Source: an uncultured Nitrososphaerota archaeon (GTDB lineage Archaea; Thermoproteota; Nitrososphaeria; Nitrososphaerales; Gagatemarchaeaceae). Taken from it: a stretch of DNA of 64,000 nt. The position numbers and the translations under genes were made by a program. Within the stretch, counting starts at the first letter, position 1. Every line of letters begins with the position of its first letter. This document shows positions 19,693 to 28,404 of the stretch, piece after piece. The DNA is taken from positions 803,515-867,514 of the forward strand of contig CAVRAG010000007.1 in the NCBI GenBank assembly GCA_963718895.1, read 5' to 3'. The notes beneath the pieces were generated by a model. The model did no database searches, was not told the origin of the DNA, and saw only the letters and a list, made by a program, of their open reading frames with translations.

Positions 19693-19716
19693 GTATATGC
19701 GCATATTCGAATATAC
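19693..19716. promoter_or_regulatory. Putative ArsR operator upstream of dsrE2
   Basis: GTATATGCGCATATTCGAATATAC is a 20/24 inverted repeat made of two overlapping perfect 12-bp palindromes. It lies 12-35 nt upstream of the ATG. Confidence 0.7.
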
Positions 19717-19902
19717 TAAAGGATTAGCCCGAATAGGTTAGGTTCCACGATCAGAGGCCACGGCGCCTCTGTAAGCACAAACGACTCGTCCTTCATCACG
19801 AATCCTGGAACCCGTCTAGCAGTTGACCTTGAGCTTTCACCCTTCCCGCGGCCAACGCTCCACCGGTCCTAGTCTCAGGGACGGCCTCTGGTCGTTGCGG
19901 GA

Positions 19903-20340
19903 CTACTCGGTCTTAGTGTGTTCCCGAACTTCTCTCAGCAACTCGCCGTTCTTGCGTAGAGCGTTCGTCAATCCCTCCAGGGCGCGCTTCGATTCGGGAT
20001 GAAGGTGGTGCTCGATCCCCTCCGCGTCGTTGTAGGCGGTCGTCTTGTCCACCCCCAGCATGGTGAGGAACTCCACGAGTATCTCATGTCTTGACACGAC
20101 CGACCTTGCAACCCTCTCGCCCTTCTCGGTAAGCCTCATCCCACGGTAGGGCTCGTAGGAGAGATACCCGCCGCTGGCAAGGCTCTTTATCATACTCGAG
20201 ACGCTGGACGCGCCGACCTTAAGACTCTCCGCTATGTCCACCGTGGTCGCGTAACCTTTGTCCTTGACAAGGTGGTATATGGCCTCCAGGTAGTCCTCCG
20301 TTCTTGGCGTCTGGTGCTTGAGTTGGGTCGCTCTCGCCAA
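19903..20340 (-). CDS. mntR: DtxR/MntR family metal-dependent repressor
   Basis: Motifs EDYLEAIY, YEPYRGMRLTEKG, RHEILVEFL and DAEGIEHH. Likely TTG start at 20340. Confidence 0.92.
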   Translation of the reverse strand: MARATQLKHQTPRTEDYLEAIYHLVKDKGYATTVDIAESLKVGASSVSSMIKSLASGGYLSYEPYRGMRLTEKGERVARSVVSRHEILVEFLTMLGVDKTTAYNDAEGIEHHLHPESKRALEGLTNALRKNGELLREVREHTKTE

Positions 20341-20361
20341 AGTTCCTCGGGAACCGAGAAA

Positions 20362-20442
20362 TTTTGATGGCTTAAAAATATTGTGAACCTTCAATAAAGT
20401 TTTGATTGGCCGAGAAATATTAGATGCGTCTAAGTTTAAATA
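20362..20442. promoter_or_regulatory. Divergent mntR/mntH promoters with DtxR-type boxes
   Basis: TTAGA-TGCG-TCTAA (20420-20433) abuts the mntH TATA box TTTAAATA (20435-20442). A degenerate copy, TTTTGATGGCTTAAAA (20362-20377), overlaps the mntR TATA box. Confidence 0.75.
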
Positions 20443-20468
20443 CCAAGCGCTTCGCCTGCAATGCGAAC

Positions 20469-21788
20469 ATGAGTGCAAGCCCCGACAGAAGTCTCAGGCC
20501 ACCTGAGCAGATGGAAAGGGTGGAAGTCACTGAGCGCCAGAGGAGCAATCCGAGGATCACTCTGCGCGACTTCTTTACATATCTTGGTCCGACCCTGATC
20601 GTGAGCCTCGCCTACATTGATCCCGGCAACTTCGGGACGGACATAGCGGGGGGCTCGCAGTACAACTACGGCCTGATCTGGGCGGTCTGGATGGCGAGCG
20701 TCTTCGCCATGATGCTCCAGTACCTTTCCGGGAAGCTCGGGATTGCCACGGGGACCGGTCTCGCGCAGCTGATTAAAGGGTCGCTGGGGACCAGGGCGAA
20801 GATAGTTCCGTACTGGCTCGCCGCCGAGATTGCCATAGGAGCGACCGACCTGGCGGAGTATCTCGGGACGGTCATAGCACTAAACATTCTCTTTAACATC
20901 CCTCTCCTCTACGCTAGCATCTTCGGGGCCCTGGATGTCATCATCCTTCTGGCGCTGACGAGCAACCGCTTCCGGGTGATAGAGTACTTCTTCATGGTCT
21001 TCGTCTCTGTGATAGCGATAGGGTTCCTCTACGAGCTCCTGCTCTTGAGTCCGAGCGTTCAGCAGATTGCGATTCACTCCGTTTCACCTGACATCTCCAG
21101 CGGCACCCTGTTGGTCGTCGTTGGGATAGTCGGCGCCACGGTCATGCCCCATGTCCTCTGGCTCCACTCCTCTCTGACCTCTAACAAGCTGGCAAGGTGG
21201 GGGATTAGGAAGGGCGATCACGCCTCTAAGAGGAAGTTCCTCAAGCTGCACCTTCGGGAGACCGTGATCGTCCTTTCGATCGCCGGCTGCGTGAACGTCG
21301 CGATCCTCGTCATGGGGGCATCCGCATTCTACAGGTACGGGTACACGAACATCCAGCAAATCAGCCAGGCCTATGCCATACTCGGGCCCCTTTTTGGCCA
21401 CTATTCTGACAAGATCTTCGCCATAACACTACTCGCATCTGGAATTGCTTCGTCGGTCGTCGGAACGCTCGCCGGGCAGGAGGTCATGACCGCGATGATC
21501 GGAGCCAAAATCAACCCGTATCTGAGGCGTATCGTCACCCGGGGAATCAACGTCTTCCCCACGACCGCGTGCATACTCCTCGGCATCAGCCCGCTGGCGC
21601 TGCTCTTCTACAGCCAGGTGTTCTTGAGCATCCTAATCCCCCTCCCGATGCTCCCGCTGATCTACTACACCGCGAAGAGCAGCGTGATGGGCCCGTACGT
21701 GAATAGGCACGCGACGACCGTCGCCGCGCTAGCGGTCGGGGGGGCGATAGTGTTGCTGAACATCGCTCTGATCTATGTCAGCATCTGA
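20469..21788 (+). CDS. mntH: NRAMP family Mn2+/Fe2+ transporter
   Basis: Motifs AYIDPGN, GATVMPH and TLAGQ. About 11 TM segments. Confidence 0.95.
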   Translation: MSASPDRSLRPPEQMERVEVTERQRSNPRITLRDFFTYLGPTLIVSLAYIDPGNFGTDIAGGSQYNYGLIWAVWMASVFAMMLQYLSGKLGIATGTGLAQLIKGSLGTRAKIVPYWLAAEIAIGATDLAEYLGTVIALNILFNIPLLYASIFGALDVIILLALTSNRFRVIEYFFMVFVSVIAIGFLYELLLLSPSVQQIAIHSVSPDISSGTLLVVVGIVGATVMPHVLWLHSSLTSNKLARWGIRKGDHASKRKFLKLHLRETVIVLSIAGCVNVAILVMGASAFYRYGYTNIQQISQAYAILGPLFGHYSDKIFAITLLASGIASSVVGTLAGQEVMTAMIGAKINPYLRRIVTRGINVFPTTACILLGISPLALLFYSQVFLSILIPLPMLPLIYYTAKSSVMGPYVNRHATTVAALAVGGAIVLLNIALIYVSI

Positions 21789-21927
21789 GTTCCGCGGGAG
21801 TGATTTTCGCGCCAACACGAACCCTCTCGCTGACCCAGCTTCGTTATGATCGCCCCGCAGTCGCGAAGAGTTCAAAGAAGGGTTCCTGAGAAAGAATTAA
21901 ATCCGCAGCACTAGTCCACGTACACGT

Positions 21928-22359
21928 TTGCCGAACGATTCGCACGAACAGGTGACCGCTATGTTGCGGAAAGTTCCTCTCTTCTCGACACTTAGCAGCA
22001 AGCATCTGAAGACGATAGCCGCGAGCGGTAAGGAGCTCACCTACGTTCCTGGTCAGCAGATCGTCGAGGAAGGGAGCATGGGGGTCGGTTTCTTTCTGAT
22101 ACTTGACGGTCGTGTACGGGTGCGCAAGGGGAAGAAGACGCTCGCTGAGCTGAAGACCGGCGACTTCTTCGGAGAGATGTCCTTGTTCGATGAGAAGCCG
22201 AGGTCGGCGACCGTGGAGGCCACGGTCGACACGAAGTGCCTCGGGATAGCGGCGTGGTCGTTCATCGGCATGGTGAAGGCCAATCCAGACATCGCGGTCA
22301 ACTTGATGAAGGAACTGGCGGCCAGGCTGAGGTTATCCAACAAGGCCCTCGCCGAGTAG
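21928..22359 (+). CDS. Stand-alone cyclic-nucleotide-binding domain protein
   Basis: Phosphate-binding cassette GDFFGEMSLFDEKPRSATV. No HTH. Confidence 0.9.
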   Translation: MPNDSHEQVTAMLRKVPLFSTLSSKHLKTIAASGKELTYVPGQQIVEEGSMGVGFFLILDGRVRVRKGKKTLAELKTGDFFGEMSLFDEKPRSATVEATVDTKCLGIAAWSFIGMVKANPDIAVNLMKELAARLRLSNKALAE

Positions 22360-22471
22360 ATCCGTAAAGCAAAGACCGGTGCTGGGAGCGAGGGGTCGGT
22401 CGCCCTCACGGAAGGTTTCTGGGGAGCCTGCACCCGCCTCCGGGACCGGACTCCGACAGCGACGCCGCGCC

Positions 22472-22915
22472 CTAGTAGGAGCTTGGGTCGAACCGGTTGG
22501 CTTGGCCGGAGTGGTCGTAGAGGCCAATCCAGTTTCCGTCTGGGTCCTTGACGAACCCGATGTGAACGGCGTCGGTTCCCGAGACATCCGTTCCTGCCAG
22601 GGCTTTCGGTATCGAGACGACCTCTGCGCCCTTGGACGCCAGGTCCTTGAGGGCTCCGTCGACGCTCTCGACTTTGACTCCGATGTGGTCCAGCCCCTCT
22701 CCGGGTTCGTACTTTGTTGCGTAGGGCGAGCCGGCCGGATACCAGTTGAGCTCCAGTCTCTGACCAGAGCTAGGGTCTCTCAGGAGTACGTACCTGCCTC
22801 CGCCGCGGGTGCTGAAGTCGCCCGTCCTCAGTATCTCAAGGCCGAATACCTCCGAGTAGAACTTCGTGGACCTGTCAAGGTCGGTCACGCGAATCCCGAA
22901 GTAACTGACGAACAC
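22472..22915 (-). CDS. VOC/glyoxalase family protein
   Basis: Motifs IRVTDLDRSTKFYSEVFG, RLELNWY, LDHIG and FVKDPDGNWI. Start approximate. Confidence 0.85.
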   Translation of the reverse strand: MFVSYFGIRVTDLDRSTKFYSEVFGLEILRTGDFSTRGGGRYVLLRDPSSGQRLELNWYPAGSPYATKYEPGEGLDHIGVKVESVDGALKDLASKGAEVVSIPKALAGTDVSGTDAVHIGFVKDPDGNWIGLYDHSGQANRFDPSSY

Positions 22916-23213
22916 GCGGGGGAGAGCCCTCCCGGCGGTAATAAGAGTTCGGCGAGAGAATAGACTGGGTCTCGACTCGCGCTCCGGGATTGTGGTCTGA
23001 GCCGGGCTCGCGAGTCCTCTCCTGAGGGCTCCTACTCCCCTCTGTCGCGAAACCGAGCGCGCCGTCTGTCCGATCGTTTCATACCTGTGAAACACGAGTC
23101 ATCCGGCATCCAGCATTCACGGTCTCGCCGGCCCTGCGTTCTCCTCGAGACGGCCAAGTTCGGGTCGCCCGGACGCGCCGAGAATGCCGAAGCACCCCTA
23201 GGGGGTGCGCTAC

Positions 23214-24044
23214 CTAGGATCGAGAGTGTATCGTCAGCCTTCCGGCTTCCCAGGGCTTCATCACGACGTCCCAGGCAGTCACGACGGAGTCCCCGTCCCT
23301 GATCGCCAAGCAAGGGCCCCAGTCGCCCAGCCGAAGGGCTGCAGCGTGCATGCTCGTCCGTGCCCCGACCTCAATAGGCGTCATCCTCTCCAGAGACCCA
23401 ATCTGGGCCTCGAGCGTGTCGGTCTTCGCCCCTTCGCGGAGGGTCTCGAGCGTGGCCGGGCCGAGGACTCGGTCGATGATGGTCCTGTCGGATATGTACC
23501 TCCTCTGTCCGGATATGAAGACTGTCCTGTGAGTGAGACGGAACATTGCGAGGAGCGCCTCCCTAATCGAGGTCCTCCCGGGCATCGAGAAGATCGGGCT
23601 TCCGACCTCGCCGACGAGCATGTCGGTAGTGGCCTGTTCCGTCCCGTAGAGGCCCAGCAGGTCGATGAGGCTGACGAGTATCGTCCGCGGCTCTCCCCGG
23701 ACATTGCAGTTGACCAACGAGAAGCCCAGCTTCCGCTTCTTGAACGCTTCGAGGAGCATCTCGACGTCGTCGTCGAGGCTGAAGGAGTCAAGCTTCTCTG
23801 AGCCGCGCTCGCAAGGCCCTTCGAGGAACTCGTCGAAAGCCTCCGGAGACAGGTTCATGAGCTTGGGCAGGCTGGAGAATCCGAACACGGCTCGCCTGCT
23901 CGTCGGACCCTCGGAGAGGGGTACGGCCGCGACGTCCTCCATGCGGAGGAGGTAGAGCACGCTGAGAAGGGAATACGATGGCTTGACGGTCGGGTACCTT
24001 CGCTCCAAAAGTCGAGGGAATGCCGAGCCTATCTTCAAGCCCAC
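23214..24044 (-). CDS. Multi-CBS-domain protein (paralog 2)
   Basis: Colinear with 12843..13671 (e.g. FSSLPKLM, EGPCE, SPIFS.P, SDRTIIDRV, WD.VMKPWE). Confidence 0.78.
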   Translation of the reverse strand: MGLKIGSAFPRLLERRYPTVKPSYSLLSVLYLLRMEDVAAVPLSEGPTSRRAVFGFSSLPKLMNLSPEAFDEFLEGPCERGSEKLDSFSLDDDVEMLLEAFKKRKLGFSLVNCNVRGEPRTILVSLIDLLGLYGTEQATTDMLVGEVGSPIFSMPGRTSIREALLAMFRLTHRTVFISGQRRYISDRTIIDRVLGPATLETLREGAKTDTLEAQIGSLERMTPIEVGARTSMHAAALRLGDWGPCLAIRDGDSVVTAWDVVMKPWEAGRLTIHSRS

Positions 24045-24309
24045 GCAAACGGCCGCGGTTCGGAGTAGTTAACACGTCAGTATCAATCCAAACCAACTGC
24101 AATTGGCACCTGACCGGTGCTCTTGGAGATCCATCTACCTCCGCATCCGAATTGCGCGGTCTTTCTCCTCGTGATCGAGGTCGTTGCGCCGGACCGTGCC
24201 GAGGCGAAGCCTCCGGTACCTTGCGCCGTCGTGCCCCGCGCCCGGCACGTGCCGAGCAACCCCCGAGGATGGCCGGGTTGGTCCCGCTGGACGGCCGCAA
24301 ACCAGGTCG

Positions 24310-24924
24310 CTACAAGCTCTGATACATCGCGCCCATGAGGCTCGAGAGGTCATCCTCCAGCTGCGCGAACGACTCGCTCGAGGAGAGGTGGGCCAGCAGG
24401 ACGACGTTCCCGACTGTGCAGATCCCGTTGGTCACGGCTATCCCGTCGACATCTTCCCCGTAGGCATAGCAGACCCCGTACCGCTCGTAGCTGCTGAGTA
24501 CGCTCGTGATGTCGGTGTACCCCGAAAGCCCCTTCACGTTCGACGAGAAGACCCCGTAGTAGGACTGGCTGGAGTTGACAGAGCCGAAGACAGCGACCGT
24601 CATGTTGGCGGCCGACTGGCTCGAGGAGAGGATCGCGTCGGCCGCGCTCTGCTCCCCCGGGTAGGCGGTCCGTAACTGTCCCGTAGAGGTGGTGTCGTAT
24701 CCGGCTGGATTCTGCTGCACCGCAGCCATGATCACGGAGGACGCTGACACATCGTAGGAAGTGCTCGCCGTCTGCGTATAAGTGGGACCCGGGGACGAAC
24801 CGGCCTCGCTGAGAGCGTAGACGGCGAGTAGCGCGACGAGGACCACGGCCACCACCCACACGATTGTGCTCTTCTTGAGGTACCTTCCCACAGACCTCCC
24901 GGGTTCAGGCTGGCTGGCGCTCAT
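24310..24924 (-). CDS. Membrane-anchored extracellular Ser/Tyr-rich hypothetical protein
   Basis: KK followed by the TM segment IVWVVAVVLVALLAVYAL. Two Cys in the C-terminal domain. TTTAAA box upstream. Confidence 0.7.
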   Translation of the reverse strand: MSASQPEPGRSVGRYLKKSTIVWVVAVVLVALLAVYALSEAGSSPGPTYTQTASTSYDVSASSVIMAAVQQNPAGYDTTSTGQLRTAYPGEQSAADAILSSSQSAANMTVAVFGSVNSSQSYYGVFSSNVKGLSGYTDITSVLSSYERYGVCYAYGEDVDGIAVTNGICTVGNVVLLAHLSSSESFAQLEDDLSSLMGAMYQSL

Positions 24925-25009
24925 CGAGGGTGTTCGGCCGATGGGGAGTTTCCGATTTAAATATACCCGACGAACCCCGATTGAACGAACCGTTTGGACC
25001 CCGTGCGCC

Positions 25010-25606
25010 ATGAGTAGGTTGGGGCCTGAGGATTACCAGAGCAACAGGCACATCCGGAAGATAATGCGTCTGGCGCGCGCGACGAAGGGGGATGTCTTCT
25101 TCGACCTTGGTTGCGGCATGGGCAAGCTATGCGTGGTCGCGGTGACAGAGTTCGGAGTCGCGAAGGCGGTGGGCATTGAGCTGCACAAGGGCCGCGCGAC
25201 CAAGGCGGCTCGGTATGTTCGCCGGCTCGGGCTGTCCGACCGGATCGAGATCTGGAACGAAGACTACATGGAGTCCGAACTCGGAGAGGCTACCATAGTC
25301 TACTGTGGCCACAACGAGGCCGAAGAGGATGTTCCCCACTTCGAGGAGGTGCTCGGGGCTGGAAGCAGGTTCGTCTCGCTCTTCCTCCCCTTCGTCGGGG
25401 TTATGCCCGATGCGGTGGATTACCCATTCTACCTCATGACGTTGCCGTTCAAGAAGACCAAGGACGTCTCGCGCTGGACCACCGCGGTGCTCTCCAAGAG
25501 GGCCACCCTGGAGGAGCTCTACCAGGAGCTCGACAGCGACCGGGAGTACCGCTACGACAAGCGCATGACGGGTCGGCTCATGAAAGAGAGACTCGGCGGC
25601 TTCTGA
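25010..25606 (+). CDS. Class I SAM methyltransferase, DOT1/aKMT-like
   Basis: Motifs DVFFDLGCGMGK, AVGIELH and ATIVY. Confidence 0.8.
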   Translation: MSRLGPEDYQSNRHIRKIMRLARATKGDVFFDLGCGMGKLCVVAVTEFGVAKAVGIELHKGRATKAARYVRRLGLSDRIEIWNEDYMESELGEATIVYCGHNEAEEDVPHFEEVLGAGSRFVSLFLPFVGVMPDAVDYPFYLMTLPFKKTKDVSRWTTAVLSKRATLEELYQELDSDREYRYDKRMTGRLMKERLGGF

Positions 25607-25689
25607 TCCAATCTATGGCGGCGGACGGGGGAGGCTCCCATTGGGCACGGCTTGCGGGAGGCGGCCTCCGGCATGGACTAGGAAAGCGA

Positions 25690-26322
25690 CTAGGAGAGAC
25701 GGGACAGCCACCTCTGGGCCGCCTCGATGTCAGCTTCGGTGAGCTGGTGCCCGGCGGCGTGCCACTCTAGCGTGACCTCCGCCTTCCCTCGGCGGAGCAT
25801 GTTCGCGAGCGCCTCGGGTTGGTCCTTCGGCACGATGATGTCGCCAGTCCCCGCTTCGATGAGGACGCGGACGTCTGAGAGGTCAGGGACGACCTGCATC
25901 GTGAACGGGACCATGGGCCTGAAGAGGACGGCGCCGGCGAGGAGGCCCGGTCGGAGGAGCAGGAGGCTAGCGGCGATGTTCGCGCCGTTCGAGTACCCGA
26001 CGGCGATCACCTTCTTGCCGAAGCCACGCTTGGTAGACGTCTTCTCTACGAATCTTGCCAGTTCCTCGGTGCGGTAGGCGAGGTCGTTGAGGTCGAAGAC
26101 CCCCTCGGCGAGGCGCCTGAAGAACCTGGGCATCCCGTTCTCGAGGACCCTGCCGCGAGGACTTAGCAGGGCGGCGTTCGGGAGGAGCTGGCTCCCCAGT
26201 CCCAGCAGGTCGTTCTCGTTTCCGCCCGTCCCGTGGAGGAGCAGGAGCGTAATCGGGCCGTCATTCTTCGAGGGCACGAACCTGTGGATGAAACCCGACG
26301 AGTCGGGGTCGGAGCCGGGCAA
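25690..26322 (-). CDS. Phospholipase/carboxylesterase (MhqD/YodD-like)
   Basis: Motifs LLLHGTGGNENDL, ENGMPRFFRR, GYSNGA and GHQL. Confidence 0.9.
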   Translation of the reverse strand: MPGSDPDSSGFIHRFVPSKNDGPITLLLLHGTGGNENDLLGLGSQLLPNAALLSPRGRVLENGMPRFFRRLAEGVFDLNDLAYRTEELARFVEKTSTKRGFGKKVIAVGYSNGANIAASLLLLRPGLLAGAVLFRPMVPFTMQVVPDLSDVRVLIEAGTGDIIVPKDQPEALANMLRRGKAEVTLEWHAAGHQLTEADIEAAQRWLSRLS

Positions 26323-26335
26323 CTTACCCTCTCGC

Positions 26336-27406
26336 TCAGTTTGGTTGCGATAAGGCTTCCGGACGCGGAGGCGTGGCCGGGTAGACCGGGGGCCAGGCGA
26401 CGGGGTTACCCTCGTCGGTCTTCTTCAGGAAGGCCTCGATCTCGACCCTCTTGGGCTCCACCCACTTCGGGAGGACCAGCCGCGACCCGAGCGTCTCGCG
26501 CGATTCGTCGGCTGTGTAGCCCGGACCCTTGGTCGCCACCTCAAGGAGGTTGCCGTCGGGATCCCGGAAGTAGAGCGAGTGGAACCAGAACCTGTCGATT
26601 ATCCCTGAGTTTCCGATCCCCACCTCGTCCAGGTGCCGCATGATCTTCAACTGGTCCCTGTCGTCCTCCACCGCCATGGCAATGTGGTGCACGCTGCCCC
26701 TGCCGACGTTTCCTTCTCGGGCCGCTCCGGAGACGAGGTAACGGATGAAGTCCGGTCTGGCTGAGTTCCCGATTGCAAGTATCGTGGCGTCTTCTTGGTC
26801 CGGATCGGCTAGGGAGAAGTTGTTCTTGAGGCCCACGAACTTCTCGAAGAACCGGGCGGTCAGCTTGGGGTCCGACGAGATTGGACTGGCGTGGTCGAAC
26901 GTGGTCAACCTCATGTCGCCGGTGATCGCCGTGACTCTCGGGACGCTCCTCACCAACTCCGCGACGTCGCCCTCCTTGAGCTTCTCGTCGTTGGCTGCGC
27001 TGAGCTCGATGTTCACTCCGTCCGGGTCTCTGAGGTAGATGGAGACTCTCCTGTCCCGTGGCAGGGGACCCACCACGTGCACCCCGGCCGCGCGGAGCCA
27101 CGAGAGCCAGGCAGGCAGGGCATCCAGCCGGGGGACCGTGTACGAAAGGTGGTGCGGAGAGCCCAGACCTACCTCACCCGGGGACAGCTCAGGCCACTCG
27201 AAGAACGTTATCGCGCTTCCCGTAGTGCCATTCTCGTCGGCGTAGAACAGGTGGCGGTGGAAGATGTCGTCCTGATTGACCGAGAGCTTCACCCTGCGCA
27301 GCCCCAGGACCTCGGTGTAGAACCTCCGGTTGACCTCCTGGTTCGCTGTGACCAGCGTGATGTGGTGGAGACCTTGGACGAGTCCATCCACAGATTGAAA
27401 AGCCAC
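26336..27406 (-). CDS. Two-domain VOC ring-cleaving dioxygenase (MhqA/E/O-like)
   Basis: Motifs GLHHITL, VKLSVNQDD, HLFYAD, ITFFEW, GSVHHIA, DRFWFHSLYFRDPDG and ATKGPG. Confidence 0.9.
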   Translation of the reverse strand: MAFQSVDGLVQGLHHITLVTANQEVNRRFYTEVLGLRRVKLSVNQDDIFHRHLFYADENGTTGSAITFFEWPELSPGEVGLGSPHHLSYTVPRLDALPAWLSWLRAAGVHVVGPLPRDRRVSIYLRDPDGVNIELSAANDEKLKEGDVAELVRSVPRVTAITGDMRLTTFDHASPISSDPKLTARFFEKFVGLKNNFSLADPDQEDATILAIGNSARPDFIRYLVSGAAREGNVGRGSVHHIAMAVEDDRDQLKIMRHLDEVGIGNSGIIDRFWFHSLYFRDPDGNLLEVATKGPGYTADESRETLGSRLVLPKWVEPKRVEIEAFLKKTDEGNPVAWPPVYPATPPRPEALSQPN

Positions 27407-27573
27407 GTAGCGAGGAGGGGCACTCTCCCATTTATACTTGGTAGTAGAGCGCTACTGATTACGTCACCGTCCCATGACTAGGTAAGCTCAAGGTCACCGA
27501 GTGATGGCCAAGGCGTTCGGCGCATGCCAAATGTTGAATAACTCGCCATGTGCTTACCACTGCGGCGTCCAGA

Positions 27574-27807
27574 ATGGCATCAGACGATCGCGAATTCCAG
27601 AAGAGAAAAACAGACCTTGAAGAGAAGCTAGGGAACCTCGAGAGCGAGAGGGTTTCATTGATGTCGGAGGTGGAAGCGCTGAGACAGAAGCGGACGCTCC
27701 TCGACCTCGAGAAGAAGGGAGCGACCCTGCAGGCCACCGTGGACATGCTGAAGATGGAAAAGGCCGACCTAGAAGGACAGATCTCCAACATCGAAGGTAC
27801 TCAATAG
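27574..27807 (+). CDS. Small coiled-coil hypothetical protein
   Basis: Continuous heptad pattern rich in E, K and L. Confidence 0.65.
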   Translation: MASDDREFQKRKTDLEEKLGNLESERVSLMSEVEALRQKRTLLDLEKKGATLQATVDMLKMEKADLEGQISNIEGTQ

Positions 27808-27814
27808 CACAGCG

Positions 27815-28237
27815 CTAGGAAGTAGCAAGCTCGTTCTTCAGGCGGTCGCGCTCCGCTTGGAGGTGCTTCACGTGTTTCTCGAGCTGACCGAGTTCCGACT
27901 CTAGGCTCGATATGACCTTGTCACGCAGCTGTCGGGTCATGACCTCGTCGTGGTCCAGTTTCTCCTTCTGGAGGGCGACCATCGCCAGTTCCAGCTCGGA
28001 TGCCTTCGTCTTGTTCTCCCCCGCTTCCTTGGTCAGGCGGTTGAACTCCGTCTCAGGAACGAGAAGGTAGTGGATGCGGCCGAGCACCCTGGGGAACGTC
28101 GTGTCGCACCTGGGGCACCTGTACATCCCCACGTCCCTCTTGATCACCCCGCGTTCACCCTGCTCGGGTTCGACGACCACCTTGTAGACCCTCTCCGGGG
28201 AAGCGACAGACGCCTTGCAGTTAGGGCAAGCCGGCAC
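27815..28237 (-). CDS. Zn-ribbon (Cren7-like) plus coiled-coil protein
   Basis: CPNC..PERVYKV..VGMYRCPRC..F..VL followed by heptads. ATAAAT box upstream. Confidence 0.65.
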   Translation of the reverse strand: MPACPNCKASVASPERVYKVVVEPEQGERGVIKRDVGMYRCPRCDTTFPRVLGRIHYLLVPETEFNRLTKEAGENKTKASELELAMVALQKEKLDHDEVMTRQLRDKVISSLESELGQLEKHVKHLQAERDRLKNELATS

Positions 28238-28404
28238 GTCTCATTGTTCGGCAGGTCGAGCATTTATGCGTGATGGGAAGGAAACGGCCGTCACCCTCGG
28301 GGGCGGCGGCAGATCGAACCTGGACGCCGTCCACTATCGTCGTCCGCCCGTAGATGCGCACAAGTCAGCCTTTAAAGCACCGTCCGCTGGACAGAGCCGT
28401 GTCC

